Source: Callorhinchus milii (Eukaryota). From it: a DNA stretch of 64,000 bases. Positions 51,638 to 64,000 of this stretch are shown in pieces. The stretch spans positions 19,470,001 to 19,534,000 of the forward strand of contig NW_024704743.1 in the NCBI RefSeq assembly GCF_018977255.1, read 5' to 3'. The position numbers were made by a program, and so were the translations under genes. The stretch's first letter is position 1, and each line of letters opens with the position of its first letter. Under the pieces are notes generated by a model. It did no database searches and had not been told where the DNA came from. It saw nothing but the letters and a program-made list of their open reading frames with translations.

Positions 51638-52050
51638 ACAACAACAACAAAATGACATTTGTATAGCACTTTTCACGTCTGGCAGACATCCCAAGGGGCT
51701 GGACCCGAGCTGGGGGTTGTGATCAGGGAGGGTGGAGGGCAGCGGTGGGTGGGGGGGGGGGGTGAAGGAGGGTGATTGAAGGTACAGTTGAAGAGGAGGA
51801 TCTTGAGAGCAGTCCTGAAGGAGGGAAGGGGTGAGGCGGAGGGAATGCGGGATTGAGTTTTAGAGGGTGGGGGCAGAGTGGGTGAAGGTCCGCTCACCAA
51901 TGGTGGGGCAGGCGAGGCGAGGGACGTGAAGCAGGTCGGAGAATGCTGAGAGGAGGGAGTGGGCAGGTTGGTAAGGGGTTAGGAGATTGCAGAGGTAGGG
52001 GGGAGCAAGGCTATGGAGGGCTTTGAAAGTGAGGATCAGGATCTTGAACT
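51638..52050 (-). mobile_element. L2 LINE 3' end inserted into a family B SINE
   Basis: Minus ORF FKILILTFKALHSLAPPYLCNLL; (CAA)n tail begins at the SINE sequence gaacccacaac. Confidence 0.88.
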
Positions 52051-52067
52051 CATCCCATTTCCCTGGC

Positions 52068-53330
52068 CCCTTGAACTGACTTTTTTTGGCCAAGTTTTCA
52101 ATTTATAAAACTAAAATAAACCCTGATATTTTAGTTTAGACATAAACTTACTCAGATGTCAGGAGGATGTTTATTACAACAATGTGACAATAAATTACTT
52201 AAGAAGCAAGAAGGCTAACAACTGAGCCACGCTGTCATCTGACTGTTATGAACTAAAAATCTGAATTGCCGATCCAAGCTCAAAGTGTTGTGCAGACAAC
52301 ATGATTATCTGTCGCCAAATTCTAGCTATCTAATCACTTTTGCAAATATTGTTTTTGTCAACTGCTTTCTATTTTTATTTAGATTGAATTGCTGAATGAA
52401 TGATCAGATGGCCATGGCACAAAGATTTGCAGACTGGTTATTTCTTTATCTGCACAGATCACAAGCTATCCGAGCCAAGCACAGTCCTAATCTAAGCATA
52501 ACAAATTCAATTTACATTTAATATGAGTCAACTGTTGAGGCTCGTCACAGTGAATGATTGAGTTGAGGGCTAGAGAAATGGCTGACAGCTTGATACTTAA
52601 AGACAGTGGCTGAATGCATTATTGCGCACTTGGGACCACTTCAGGAACCTGAGGTAATAGTTTGCTGTTCCAAGCATTAAATCTTCCTCTCTCTACCCCT
52701 CTACAATGGAACTCCCTCACTCTACCCCTCCTCTATCTACCTTTAAGTCCCAACTTAAAACTCTTTGACTTCACCTTGGTTATGTTCTCCTCTCTGGGAT
52801 TTGGACCTGAGCTGGGGGTTGGGATCAGGAGGGGTGGAGGGCAGGGATGGCAGAGGTAGGTGGGTGGCCAAAAGCGCAGTTGAAGAGGAGGATCTTAAGA
52901 ATTGCTTTGAAGGAGGCAAGGGAGGGAGCAAATCGAAGAAAATATGGGATGGAGTTCCAAAAGGTGGGGGTAAAAAGGCAGGTAAATGGGACAAAAAGGA
53001 TTGCTCTTTAAAACAGCCAGCACAGACACAATGGGCCAAATGGCCTTCTTCTACACTGTACATTTCTGTGGTTCTAAATACCCTAAAAGAACAGATAGGG
53101 ATAAATCCCTTTCGATAAGTACTCGCATCACCATAAGGCTTGTGTTTCTTTGTCTCACTTCAGTTGTCTCAATTTTAACCAGTAGACGGCTTAGAGCATT
53201 CCCTTGAACTGATTTTTTTTTGTCAAGTTTCCAACTTACAAAACTGAAATAAACCCTGATATTTTAGTTTAGACATAAACTTACTCAGATGTCAAGATCT
53301 TTATTACGACAATATAATAATAAATTACTT
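52068..53330. repeat. ~130-bp direct duplication (52068-52200 and 53201-53330)
   Basis: Shared aaataaaccctgatattttagtttagacataaacttactcagatgtca is identical; flanks similar. Confidence 0.9.
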
Positions 53331-53586
53331 TATATGAAGTACAGTTAGGTTTCATGGCACTTTCAACGTATCTCATATAGCTTTGGCTTAAAGGATTCAG
53401 GATGTGTCCACAACAACAAGACATTACATTTGTATCGCGCCTTTCAATTTGGAGGACGTCCCAAGACAATGGACTGTTAGGGACTTGGTCCCAAGCAGAG
53501 GGTTAGAATCAGGAGAGGTGGAGGGCAGGGAAGGTAGAGGTAGGAGGTGGCCAAATGCACGGTCAAAGAGGAGGTTCTAGTGACGT

Positions 53587-53873
53587 GCCTTGTAGCTCAA
53601 TGATTAGAGCACTCGCCTCGCAAGCAAAAGACCTGGGTTCTATTCCCAGCAGGGCAAAATGTTGGGCAAGTTTCCTTACTCCACTCGCCTCTGTTTACTT
53701 AGCAGTAAGCAGGAGCCTGATTGTTAGTCGATTGGTGGATCGCTTTTCCGTGGGTAATAATTCCTCCAAAAAAAATAATAATAATAATTTGGTCACTCAA
53801 TTCACGACTGTGAATCGCTTTGAGGCATCTAGAAAATGTGAGATGCTCTATATCAAATGCAAGGATTATTATT
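53587..53873 (+). mobile_element. SINE family A (long form, internal deletion near 3' end)
   Basis: tgtagctcaatgattagagcactcgcctcgcaag head; gcctctgtttacttagcagtaag CORE-like segment. Confidence 0.85.
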
Positions 53874-54509
53874 GAAGGAGACAAAGGAGGCATCAAGGTG
53901 AAGTTTCATCGATTCTTGTTTAGTGCAGTGGTCGTATTAATTTTTTGTGGTATACTAAAAATAATAATTGTTCCAACATTATTAACAATATACCAGGCGG
54001 GGCAATGGGAGGCGACTAGTTGCACGATCGAAGAAGTAAGTCTTAAAGCGGATTTTAAAGGTAGATAAAGAGACCTGTTAAAGAGTTATCCTTGTTACAG
54101 TGAACAGGCTGAGGTATGTTCACAATGTGAAGTATAAATTTCACTCCCAACACCCCTCGTTTTGACTGTTGGAATGTTTGGCCCATAATCTGCAGTCACC
54201 TTTGGGGGATGTTTACCTTTGTTTTCAACCCAACTCTGATTGAGAATAACAGTTATCGAGAACCAGTTGTGATTGGGGGGCGTGACAATCTCACACTCCT
54301 CCGCCTACAAACACGTTATCATGTCCTGCGAGACAGCTTGCCATGGCAACAACGTCCCTGCAAAATACCATGAGCGACTCCTCCAAGGCCGTGGCTGGAG
54401 CTCGAGTTGTTTGAGCTCCAAGCTCCATGAACCTATGACCTCCATCCTTAACCAGCTCAACTTGCTCCCAATGAAATTTCCCAATAATGTCAAACATCGG
54501 TAATGGTGT

Positions 54510-54745
54510 CGTGTGTAATGCTAGAAGGAATTTATATCCAATAGTGACTATTGGGTGCAATAGTCACAGATGTGAAAATATCATCTTAGAGAGGGTGCAA
54601 AGATGATTTAGCTAAATGATACCAGAGATGAGGAATTTCAATTATGTGGAGAGACTAGAGAGGCTGGGATTGTTCTCCTTAAAGCAGTGAAGGTTAAGCA
54701 GAGATTAATAGAGGGGTTTTGATAGATTATATAGGGAGAAACTGT
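54510..54745 (+). mobile_element. CR1 LINE 3' fragment
   Basis: gagagggtgcaaagatgattt…gagactagagaggctgggattgttctcctt (LERVQRRF…ERLxxLGLFSL). Confidence 0.75.
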
Positions 54746-55166
54746 AAAGTGAATCGACTATATATTTTGTGGGTGAAACGTGGCAACCAATTGCACACCA
54801 ATGTCCCATGAACAGTCATGGATTGAAGTGACAAATTTATTATTATCTCTTTTTTTTAAAGGAATTATTACCCTTCCGGAAAAGCGATCCACTAAGTAAA
54901 CAGAGGCGTGTAGAGTAAGGAAACTTGCCCAAGTTAAAGAAGGCATCTCAGAAAGGAAGTTGAAAGAGTCTAGTTCCTAGGTGGGGACATCCTGTTGGTT
55001 GTTCAATCAGGAAATGTTTACTCCATGTTTAAAATTTAAAATTTATGAAGAGCAGAGGAAAAATCATACATCATACATCAGATGAGTAATGTATTGTGCC
55101 AAAGCAATAAACATCCATTAGACAAATTACGAGACGGTCTGCAGCACCACAAACCAGAGAGGTCTG

Positions 55167-55610
55167 TGTGTCAGCCTCATTCAGCTGTTAGCACTTTCGC
55201 CTCCGAGTCAAAAGTTTGTGGGGAGAAGACCCACATCAGGAGTTTGAACTCATGTAGTCCAGGCTGACACCCCAGTGTCATGCTAGGGGAGCAGTGCATT
55301 GTCTATGGTGCTGCGCTAAGATGAGATGTTAAACTGAGGTCCCATCTGCCTGTTCAGATGGATGTTCAAGATCCCATAGCACTATTGGAAAAAAAGAAGG
55401 GCGTTTCTCCCAGTGTCATGGCCAACAAATCCCCCAAATAAAATTGGTCACTCACGACATGGCTGGTTATGGGACATTGCTGTCTGCAAATTGGCTGCTG
55501 CATTAGACTATAGAATACACTAAATCACTAAACTTTACACTAAAGCCTGTGAAGTGTTTTGAGATAACCTCCTGATGTGAAAGGAACTTTATCAAACGGA
55601 AAGATTATCA
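55167..55610 (+). mobile_element. Most complete SINE family B (tRNA-like head + Deu-domain + L2-type tail)
   Basis: gtcagcctcattcagctgttagcactttcgcctccgagtc head; gatgagatgttaaactgaggtcccatctgcctgttcagatggatgttcaagatcccatagcactatt matches the Deu-domain as I recall it from SacSINE1/AmnSINE1/SINE3. Confidence 0.85.
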
Positions 55611-58600
55611 CTATAGGTGATGAACATTTCTAACAGACGGAATCATGCAGGAGGGGTAACATAATAGGCAACAAGTGGTTAAGCTGTCAAGAGGATGTGC
55701 TGATCAGTGATGGCCTATCGTTGGACGCTAAGGAGATTAAACGTTCCATATTGAGTGTGGCATAGGAAGCCTGATCGGTTCTTAGGCTAGCCTAAAGAGG
55801 GTTTGTGACATTAGGCTGTATTTTAGTTTTCGGCCTCTTCCTTTAGTGAAGGCACAAAATATGCAGTCAATTCACTTTACAGTATATTCTGTAAAGCGCT
55901 TTGAGACATCTCAAAGACGTGATAAGACGCTATATCAAATGCAAGGATTATTATTGTTATTAAGACATGATCTGCTACTGTTGCTGACGCCACAAGCAGC
56001 TACTCTGGTGGCATGTGATACAGGTGACTAATCTCTGCAGCAATTTGCTGAGTTAAATGAGCCATTAACTATAATTTTCACCACAGGTTTGTTTGTACAC
56101 CACACCCAGGGGCACTGAAGCCAGTCCATGCTGAAAATATTCACGTGAGCACTGCCACAGGAGCTGCACTAACGGTATTAATTGGAGGAATGGGAGATGG
56201 GGGGAGAGGGTTAGTGTGACATACATAGTAGCTTGCACTATGGTTCAAGCCACCAATGTTCACTCACATCAAAAATGAGGTCAGTAACATGAGGATAGTG
56301 CATCTTTTCATTCAGCCAGTCTCCATCATATTCCAGAACAGGACTGGGGACAGTTGAGGTCAAACTTACATTAGTTGCTTAAGTTACCTTTTTGGCAAAA
56401 TCTTTATTTGATAAACAAAATGATAAAGATTCAGTGATGTTTGTGCTGTTGTAGCTGATCTCAGCCAGGCCAGTGACTGGGGCACAAGAGGCATGTGAAA
56501 TGCATTGCTCATTTAACAATTCTTAATATACCCCAATGAGGTAAAGTGGAAGATAAAAATCCTCAGCTTCAGCTGAGTACTTTGTTCTATGAGGTCCATT
56601 GCGAGCACCATTCACCTGTTCCTTTGGTCTCCTGCCTTGCTCAGCTTCATGCAGAGGTGGGGAGCACTAACCATGCAAAATGCAACCGGCCTGTTTTAAA
56701 AGTAAAGAACGTGGTGAGGAAGGATGCCAGAACAAATTCTAACAACATGAAGAACTGGACTGGCTTAAAGGTGATTTATTTTATACCCAAATCCTGGTAC
56801 CAATGTATTAACTAAGACCAGGGACTAATAATGCATTGGATTTGTGTTACCATGGCAATTAATACACATTTCATGTAGAGCTTAGCGTGTGAACAGGCTG
56901 ATCCACTTTCAGCAAATAATGAAACAACTGCATGGTTCTGGAAAAACAGTGTTGTCACCAGGTGTGGTTCGAACAGTAATTGAATGCAGCTGATATCAAA
57001 CAGAGAGGAGTCCTTCCCTCGTGATCTATTTGACCTTAGTAGTAATCATTTTCCTTTTGTGCACTGTCCTCTTTTACGTTTTTGAACTTTGATATTTTTA
57101 TTCCCTGCTGAAGCAGATTTGAAGAATGTCCTGATGTAAACACAATGTACACGTCACTTTGCCCGTTTGCATGGAAGTGTGAGCAACTGACTTGTGGAAT
57201 GGTTCATAAGGAGCAATGTTGTTCAATATCAATGTTAGTTAATTGGCAATTATTTTTAATCGTACGATAATCCCTGGAGATTACCGGGGTTATTCTGTCG
57301 ATGACTCAAACATGGCACAAAGTGATCTTGTTAGACTTCGAAGGGAGTTTCTCTTGGTGTCCTGGCCAACCATCCTCGAGATAAAATTAGTCCTCCACTT
57401 CTTGGCTGTTTGTGGGACTTTGCTGTCCGCAAATTGGCTGTTGTATTCGGCTACCTATACAGAGTCACAGAAACAACTTGCATTTATATAGCGCTGTTCA
57501 CAAGGTAGTATCATGGAGCACTTCACAGTGCCAAGATTGGATCCTGCACAAGAGAGAAAGGGAGGTAACTTTTAGCACGGCCAGAGAGTTAGACTTAAAG
57601 TTGGGATATAAAGATAGAGAAGGGCAAGGCCGAGAGATCGTGACCGTGAGTTCTAGGGGTTGGAAACATAGTGTTACTACACGTTACGGTAAATCCAGTG
57701 AAGCACATTGAGACGTTTAGATGGCGTGATAAGGTGCTTATATAAAATGCAAGGATTATTGTTAGTTATCAGCTTGCCATAAAAATGATGTCCACAAATT
57801 ATATGATTCTTTATGTATAGGTTTAATACAGCCAATGCCAGGTTTCATTTCCAACTTCATCCAATGTTGGTTTAATTTATAAAGAAGCGAACAAAGTGAG
57901 GGGAAAATCCAATGCATTGGGAAGAGGTGCAAATGTTGCTATTTATGGAGCTAATGCAACAGGAAGATTATTCTGCATGGAGTGACGGATTAGCAGACTG
58001 ACATATTAATGTAAATTGGGCCCCCATGACCTCCGAACCTGCACTCTGTGTGACTGCATAGCCAGGAAGGAAGCAAGAGAACAGGGCGCAGTTAAAAGAA
58101 ATTAAAATGCAACTGAGGATTGTATGCAACTTTTCTGAGGGATGTTTATGTTTTTGTACCTAAAACAGTCCATTAACTCTGGGATTGCATTAGTTAAAGT
58201 GTAATGCTAGCTGCATTTTAACAGCAATTTAATTTGGCTGTAAACTTTCTTGATGAATGCTCCACAGTGAATGCTTTACAATGTTTACAATCACAAGGAT
58301 AACCGCGCAGCCTGAGACACTGAAAAAGTTGTCCTTTATCAGTTTTACAGCAGAAATGGCCTGGAAAGGATTTTGTTTGTGGAGTTTGTTGTTTTGGTCA
58401 CAACAGGATTGTGACTTTAGGTTTAACGGAAAACTGGAGGCTATTCTACAGTCTATTCAGGCACGCAGTTCTCTGGTATTTAATTTACACCGTCCACATT
58501 CACTCTGGATGCTGAGGTAAGTGTTCCCAATGGAATCCTATTACGCACAAGGGAACCCAGTAAGAAATCTCGCATAGCTGCAAAGTTTGCTTAAATTCTT

Positions 58601-61600
58601 TAGCGTGTGATTGTGAAGGATATAGGACTTGTCAGTCAGAAACTTTTCATGGTGCTTTGACCTCCTGTCATTCTTTTCTAATGGCTTGCTGTGCAACCCC
58701 TCGACCTGTTAATGATTTTCTGGAAACAGAGCCATCAAGCCCATTCGTATTCCCCTGGAAATGTTTGGAGTGCTACTGGGAGTGCGGAGCAGTGGAATGC
58801 TCTTTATTTGCCTTCAGGTCTGCACTCCAAACTTTTCAGCTTCCGCTGCTGTGCTAGCTTTGGATAGAATTCTGTCATTCAGAGTTCACAGTTTGTCAAC
58901 AAATAAATGAGATGGTTCGAATGTCGTGCCATTGGGCATTCATCAAAATGACTATCAAGGAAACGCTGATCATTTGGTCAAACAGCCTTGTTTGGAAACA
59001 CTGACCTCATCTGGTTGAAAATCATTTCGTCTTCCATGTCACACTTTCCAGCAAATAACAGGGTCAGCAAAATACAGTCGAAAGTGCTTAACGGAAATGC
59101 CCTGTGGTGAGCAGACCATTCGCCTTATCCACTCATTGCTGTTAAGTAATACTGTGGGGATTCAGAGCAAATAGGTTCTTTGAACTTACATTCCTTTTAA
59201 TGAGATGCCTTCTTCGAACATTGCAGTTTGAACACAGATTAAACAAAATAATTGATTCAAACAAAGCGGTTTGTATTGTGGGCACAAGGAGGGACTGGGA
59301 CGAAGTTTCACAAATGGACACAGTGGATAGCTGTCAAATGCATTACATGATAGGAATCAATTAAGATTTGCATGTTGCTTCTGTTTTCCAAAGGGACGCC
59401 TGGGATTGAATTACAGACAGTCATACATTATTATTTGTAACCTACGTAAAACAATCAAGCGTATCTTACATCGATCGCTAAACAACTGTTCACCACTGAG
59501 GTAAAATTCCACCTGGGCCTAGATTTATTGATGTAGCATTACAATGTGTGCAGAGTTTGGCAAATTGTTAAATTCTGTTTAAACTCTGAAGCCTATTTTC
59601 CATAGTCCTTTAAAGAATTCGCAGAAAAGGTGCAAATTTAAGATGGTTTTAAGTATTTGACAAAATCTGTGGGATCTGAAATGTTACGCTTAGAGAGCAA
59701 ATCTAGACCCAGATGGTAAATTGTCCCACAGGTCTTTATACAATAATATGATTTCTATAATAGACAGATTTGCTAGTTTTAACAATCAACGTATGAAAGA
59801 TGCCAGTGAAGGTTTAACCTTTTTAACGCCAACAACAATAAATTACATTTGTAAAGATCGTTTCATGTCGGGAGGATGTCCCAAAGCAGATCGCACAATG
59901 TTGTTTGGGATAGTTGCTATCAATGCTGCCTGTGTTCAAGAAGTATAATCTAGGACATGATAAAATGTGACCTTTAGCAATATAAGACTCTACAATACAA
60001 TTCCTTTGGTAAAACCTCACATTATACACGTTTCAGGATATTTTCACAAGTTTTACGTGTATTAATAAGCACTATTGTAATTGTTCATACATACTTGTGT
60101 AACATTTAGCTATTCATTAGTTCTGTAAAAATAACACCATATTACACAGAATATTTTGAGAGGGGGTTCTAACCTTGGTCTAAAGAGATTCCTTAACTAT
60201 TGAATATGAATTTGAATCCCACACTTCCTCGAATGTTTCTCAATGTAGCCAGGTTTTGTGTTCATTCCAGCTCACAGATCCTGGCTCTTGACTGCTAGGA
60301 TTGCAATTTTCTTCCAGGTTTTATTGAAACCTCAATTCCACTATAATTAGTAACCATCATTACAAGCGAAGCGTTCGCCTTCAAACTACATAGTTACTAC
60401 AGTTTACAGTAAATCCTGTGAATCGCTTTGAGAAGTCCTCCCGACATGAAGGGCACTATATCAAATGCAAGATTAGATTAAAATGTGGGATCCAGCTTCA
60501 GTACATCAGCATTGAGCACAGAATTGAGGGAGGGTCTGACTCCAGGACATCCAGATAATACTCGATACTTAAGCAATCTCTTAATTTGGACTGCACGTTA
60601 GCCCCCAATATAAATAATGCATATTTTTGTGCAAAAGTTTTCAGTATCCTTGAAGTGTCAGTCAGTAATGTGTTCAGTTCTCGTTTCTCCTTTTTCCCAT
60701 GTAACTTAAGTTTGTAACATCTCTGGCAGTATTAAACATCACTCTGAAAGCACACAGAAATTGCATCCCAGAGTAATTGGAGGCTGTGTAAATATTCATA
60801 AGTGTTTTCCCTTCAATAATGATCCGATGCAGTGTGAAATTAGGAAAACGCAATAAATTGGATATAGCGCATCAGGCAGACATCGCATTTAATGCTGGTG
60901 GAATATTTTACACTTCATTACCTTTACATGGATGCATTGAAATAGTCTCATTAAGCAAATACTCAGTGACTTGTGCAGTTCATACCTCTGCCATTTTTCC
61001 ACCGCTTCTCCAATTATTTCCTAACTTCTAGGCCACAGGCTCAATGGGGGAACAGGTTTCCTTGGGTTTCTGCAGTCCTCTGCTACTTTGCCCAATGGGT
61101 TGTTCCTTGCTCAGCATCTTTAGCAATGTTTGACTCTAATGGGAAATCCACAATGTTGGCCATTAAGGGGAATTTCCATTATAGTCTCACATCATCAGAG
61201 GCGAAGGGTGTAACACTGAACAGAATTTTTACCCAGTCGTGTGTGAGCTTAGACAGTGTTGGCTTTTCTTCAAGTAAATGCTGAACGAGTGAACTTGCCT
61301 AATCTCAGCAGCAAAATACCCCCAGTCAGTTGGTAGCTAAGAATTAGGTAGCATTGTTAGCAGTCCCAAAGACATTATTGACAACTTTTTTTATATAACA
61401 TATAATTATCTTTGCATTTGATATAATGCCATATGTCAAAAAGTCTCAAAACTCTTCACAGATAATTACGGCTAATCATAGTGATTGTATTTGTAGGCAA
61501 ATAGGGGTGATTCTTGAAAGTTAGCACATAAGTAATGTGCTGTTTGTGAGATATTGCTGTGGCTAAATTGGCTACTGCATTTGCCCACAAAATAGTCAGT

Positions 61601-61649
61601 CATTCCATTTTATAGTATGTCCTGTAAAGCACATCGTGATATGAAATGC

Positions 61650-62387
61650 GCAACAACAATAACAACTTGTATTTATGTAGCACCCTTCATCCAGTAGCTT
61701 CTCGGAACTCTTAAAGTGTGTTGTAGCTTGACTCTGTACCTGGGGACAGGAGAGGTGATCAAAGAGGAAGATCTTCAGTTGCGATCTGAAGACAGGCAAG
61801 GAGGGTTCAAGGTGGAGGGATTGAGGCAGGGAGTTCCAGAATTTCGGGGCACAGTGGCTGAAAGCACAGCTGATAATGGTGGAGCAGAGTGGATGAGCAG
61901 AAGGCTGCGCGAAGGAGGTGGGTGGTGGGGAGGGGTGTACGCAAGTCGGAGAAGTAGGAAGGTGCTAAGGGGTGAAATGATTTGTAAATAAGTTTGAGGA
62001 TCTTGAAATTGATCTGTTCAGCAATAGGGAGCCGGTGGAACCTGGCTGGGATTAAGTTGTTGGGGGTGCGGAGACTGGTATGGGTAAGAATATGGGTGGA
62101 GGAGTTTTAGGTCAGTTGGACATTGTGAGTGGAATTAGTCAAAGAGGACAGTGAGACGAGTGGTAAATTAAAGGCTTGAATACAGAAGAAAATGAAACAT
62201 ATAGGGAGATAAGGGACAGCTTTCTTGTTGGAGAATGAAAACTGTGCTTTCTGTTTATTGAAGTTGAGAGTAAGGAACGGAAAGAAGCTGTGGACATGGG
62301 AATGGGAACTGATGCCTGAAGGAGGAATCAGCAGTGCAGGAGAAAAGAAAGAAGGAAAAGAGGACAGGAAAATGATGAGTAGATGAG
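61650..62387 (-). mobile_element. L2 LINE 3' fragment, old
   Basis: (CAA) tail at 61650; ttgaggcagggagttccagaattt is the reverse of KFWNSLPQ; purine-rich body. Confidence 0.75.
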
Positions 62388-62706
62388 AATAATAATAATA
62401 ATCCTTGCATTTGATATAGCACTTTTCACGTCGGTAGGACATCCCAAAGCGCTTCACAGAACACACTGTAAAGTGAATTGACTGTATATTTGTGGGCGAA
62501 CGCGGCAGCCAATTGAGCACAGCAATGCCCCACAAACAGACGTAGAATGAAAATGACCAATTTATTATTGTTTTTGGTTTTGGAGGGATTATTATTTATT
62601 AGGCGTGTGGAGTAAGGAAACTTGCCCAAGGTTTCGTCCTGCCTGGAATTGAACTCAGGTCTCTCACTTGCAAAGCGAGTGTTCTAACCACTGAGCTACA
62701 GGACTT
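62388..62706 (-). mobile_element. Full-length young SINE family A (short form)
   Basis: Reverse complement nearly identical to 50076-50390. Confidence 0.92.
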
Positions 62707-62928
62707 CGCAATAATATTAATCCTTGCATTTCGTATAGCGCCTTTCACATCAGGAGTACATCTCAAAGCGCTTCACATGATACGCAGTAAAGTGCAGTGA
62801 CTGTGTGTTTTGTAGGCGAAAAAATAGAAAGCATGGAATAAAGTGTGAGACAGCTACATGAGCTATACAGAAGCTGCTAGGACAAATATATCAGGAGCCT
62901 CAAGTATAGACAGCCTGATGGTGTAATG

Positions 62929-63111
62929 CAAGATGGTCCAACTGGCTCCCAATCCCTCCATTTTATCTGGTCCACAGGTCCACCTGCTCCCTCCAGAACC
63001 CATAAATGTAATGTTTTTGGAAGGGAAACACAAAAATGTTGCTTATGCCCCCACGGATATTTCCCAAATGGGGCTTCTGGGCCCCGACAGCCAAAAGGTG
63101 AGACAGCCCTG
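62929..63111. mobile_element. hAT (Charlie-type) non-autonomous MITE, ~183 bp, decayed
   Basis: 8-bp flanks GTGTAATG (62921-62928) and GTGTAGTG (63112-63119); termini CAAGATGGTCCAAC / CAGGGCTGTCTCAC(rc); subterminal gggccccg…aaaaggt. Confidence 0.65.
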
Positions 63112-63843
63112 GTGTAGTGGATTGGAGCTGCATCTTACAGACCGGTAGCTTGCTGATGTGAATCCCAGTCTACGCTGAATTTGCTGGCAGGAACACAAAT
63201 GTATGACCCAGTTTCAGGGCTGTGATATTGAGAACAGAACCTGGGAGGTGCATATCCAGATCATTCATACTCGATACTTAAGAGATCGCTAAGTCAGAGC
63301 TCAATGACTTTCGAAACACATTTGTTTTGTGTGTAAATGGTAGTATTTTGTTCAAGAGAAATCTTTGATTGGTTAACACAAAGAATGAAAATGAATGAAT
63401 AGTATTAGATCTGAAAAAGCACGATGTAACGTGCATCTGCACAACAATACAATTGCAGTACAACTTACATTTACAGCTCCTTACACGTTGGGAAAGCATC
63501 TCAAAGTGCTTGCTGCAAGGTACATGGTACAAGCACAAGGTAGTGTAATAGGAGAAAAATCCTCACACTGTGCTGAACCTGTTATGTAATCGGGTAACGC
63601 CACAATTTTAATGTTGATAAATAATAATAGTATTTCCTGTATTTGATATACTATATCACGTCGACAAAACATCTTAAAGTCTTTCACAGGATTTTCCATA
63701 AAGTGTATATTTCTACGCAAACATAACAGACAATTTACACACAGCAACGTCCCAACAGCCATGAAGTGTATTACCAATTTTTATCTGTGGGACTGATGGC
63801 CAGGATGCTGGGAGAAACACCTACTCTTTTCAAATAGTACCAT

Positions 63844-64000
63844 GGAGTCCTGTAGTTCAGTGGTAAGAGCATTCGTTTTGCAAACGAGAGGACCTGGGTT
63901 CAATTCCTGGCAAGGCCAAATGATGGGGATGGGTCCTTACTCCGCACACATCTATTTACCTAGCAGTAGGTAGGAACCTGGTCGTGTCGATTGGCGGATC
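63844..64000 (+). mobile_element. SINE family A (long form), cut by window end
   Basis: ggagtcctgtagttcagtggtaagagcattcgttttgcaaacgagaggacctgggttcaattcc. Confidence 0.88.

Overview
Eukaryotic (vertebrate) genomic DNA, most likely a cartilaginous fish and possibly a holocephalan. This is inferred from the SINE/LINE/Penelope repertoire, not proven. There are no prokaryotic-type genes, and none of the supplied ORFs is a credible intact gene: they are low-complexity artefacts, SINE read-throughs or decayed L2/CR1 retrotransposon fragments. The best host-gene signal is one putative first coding exon (16017-16125, +) encoding a signal-peptide-like N-terminus and ending in a phase-1 GTAAGA donor. 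It is preceded by a promoter-like island (ETS + TATA at ~14706-14720) set among G-rich, CT-rich and GA-rich simple repeats. The ~48 kb downstream looks like one large intron; I could not identify the gene. The rest is dominated by two tRNA-derived SINE families that share a 3' half, L2 and CR1 LINE fragments, many very short L2 3'-tail insertions, a Penelope-like inverted repeat with a decayed hammerhead-like core, a hAT-type MITE and an unclassified ~430-bp repeat. The most informative signal is a LINE/SINE 3' recognition stem-loop whose base pairs covary between families within this window. Repeat boundaries were read by eye and are approximate.
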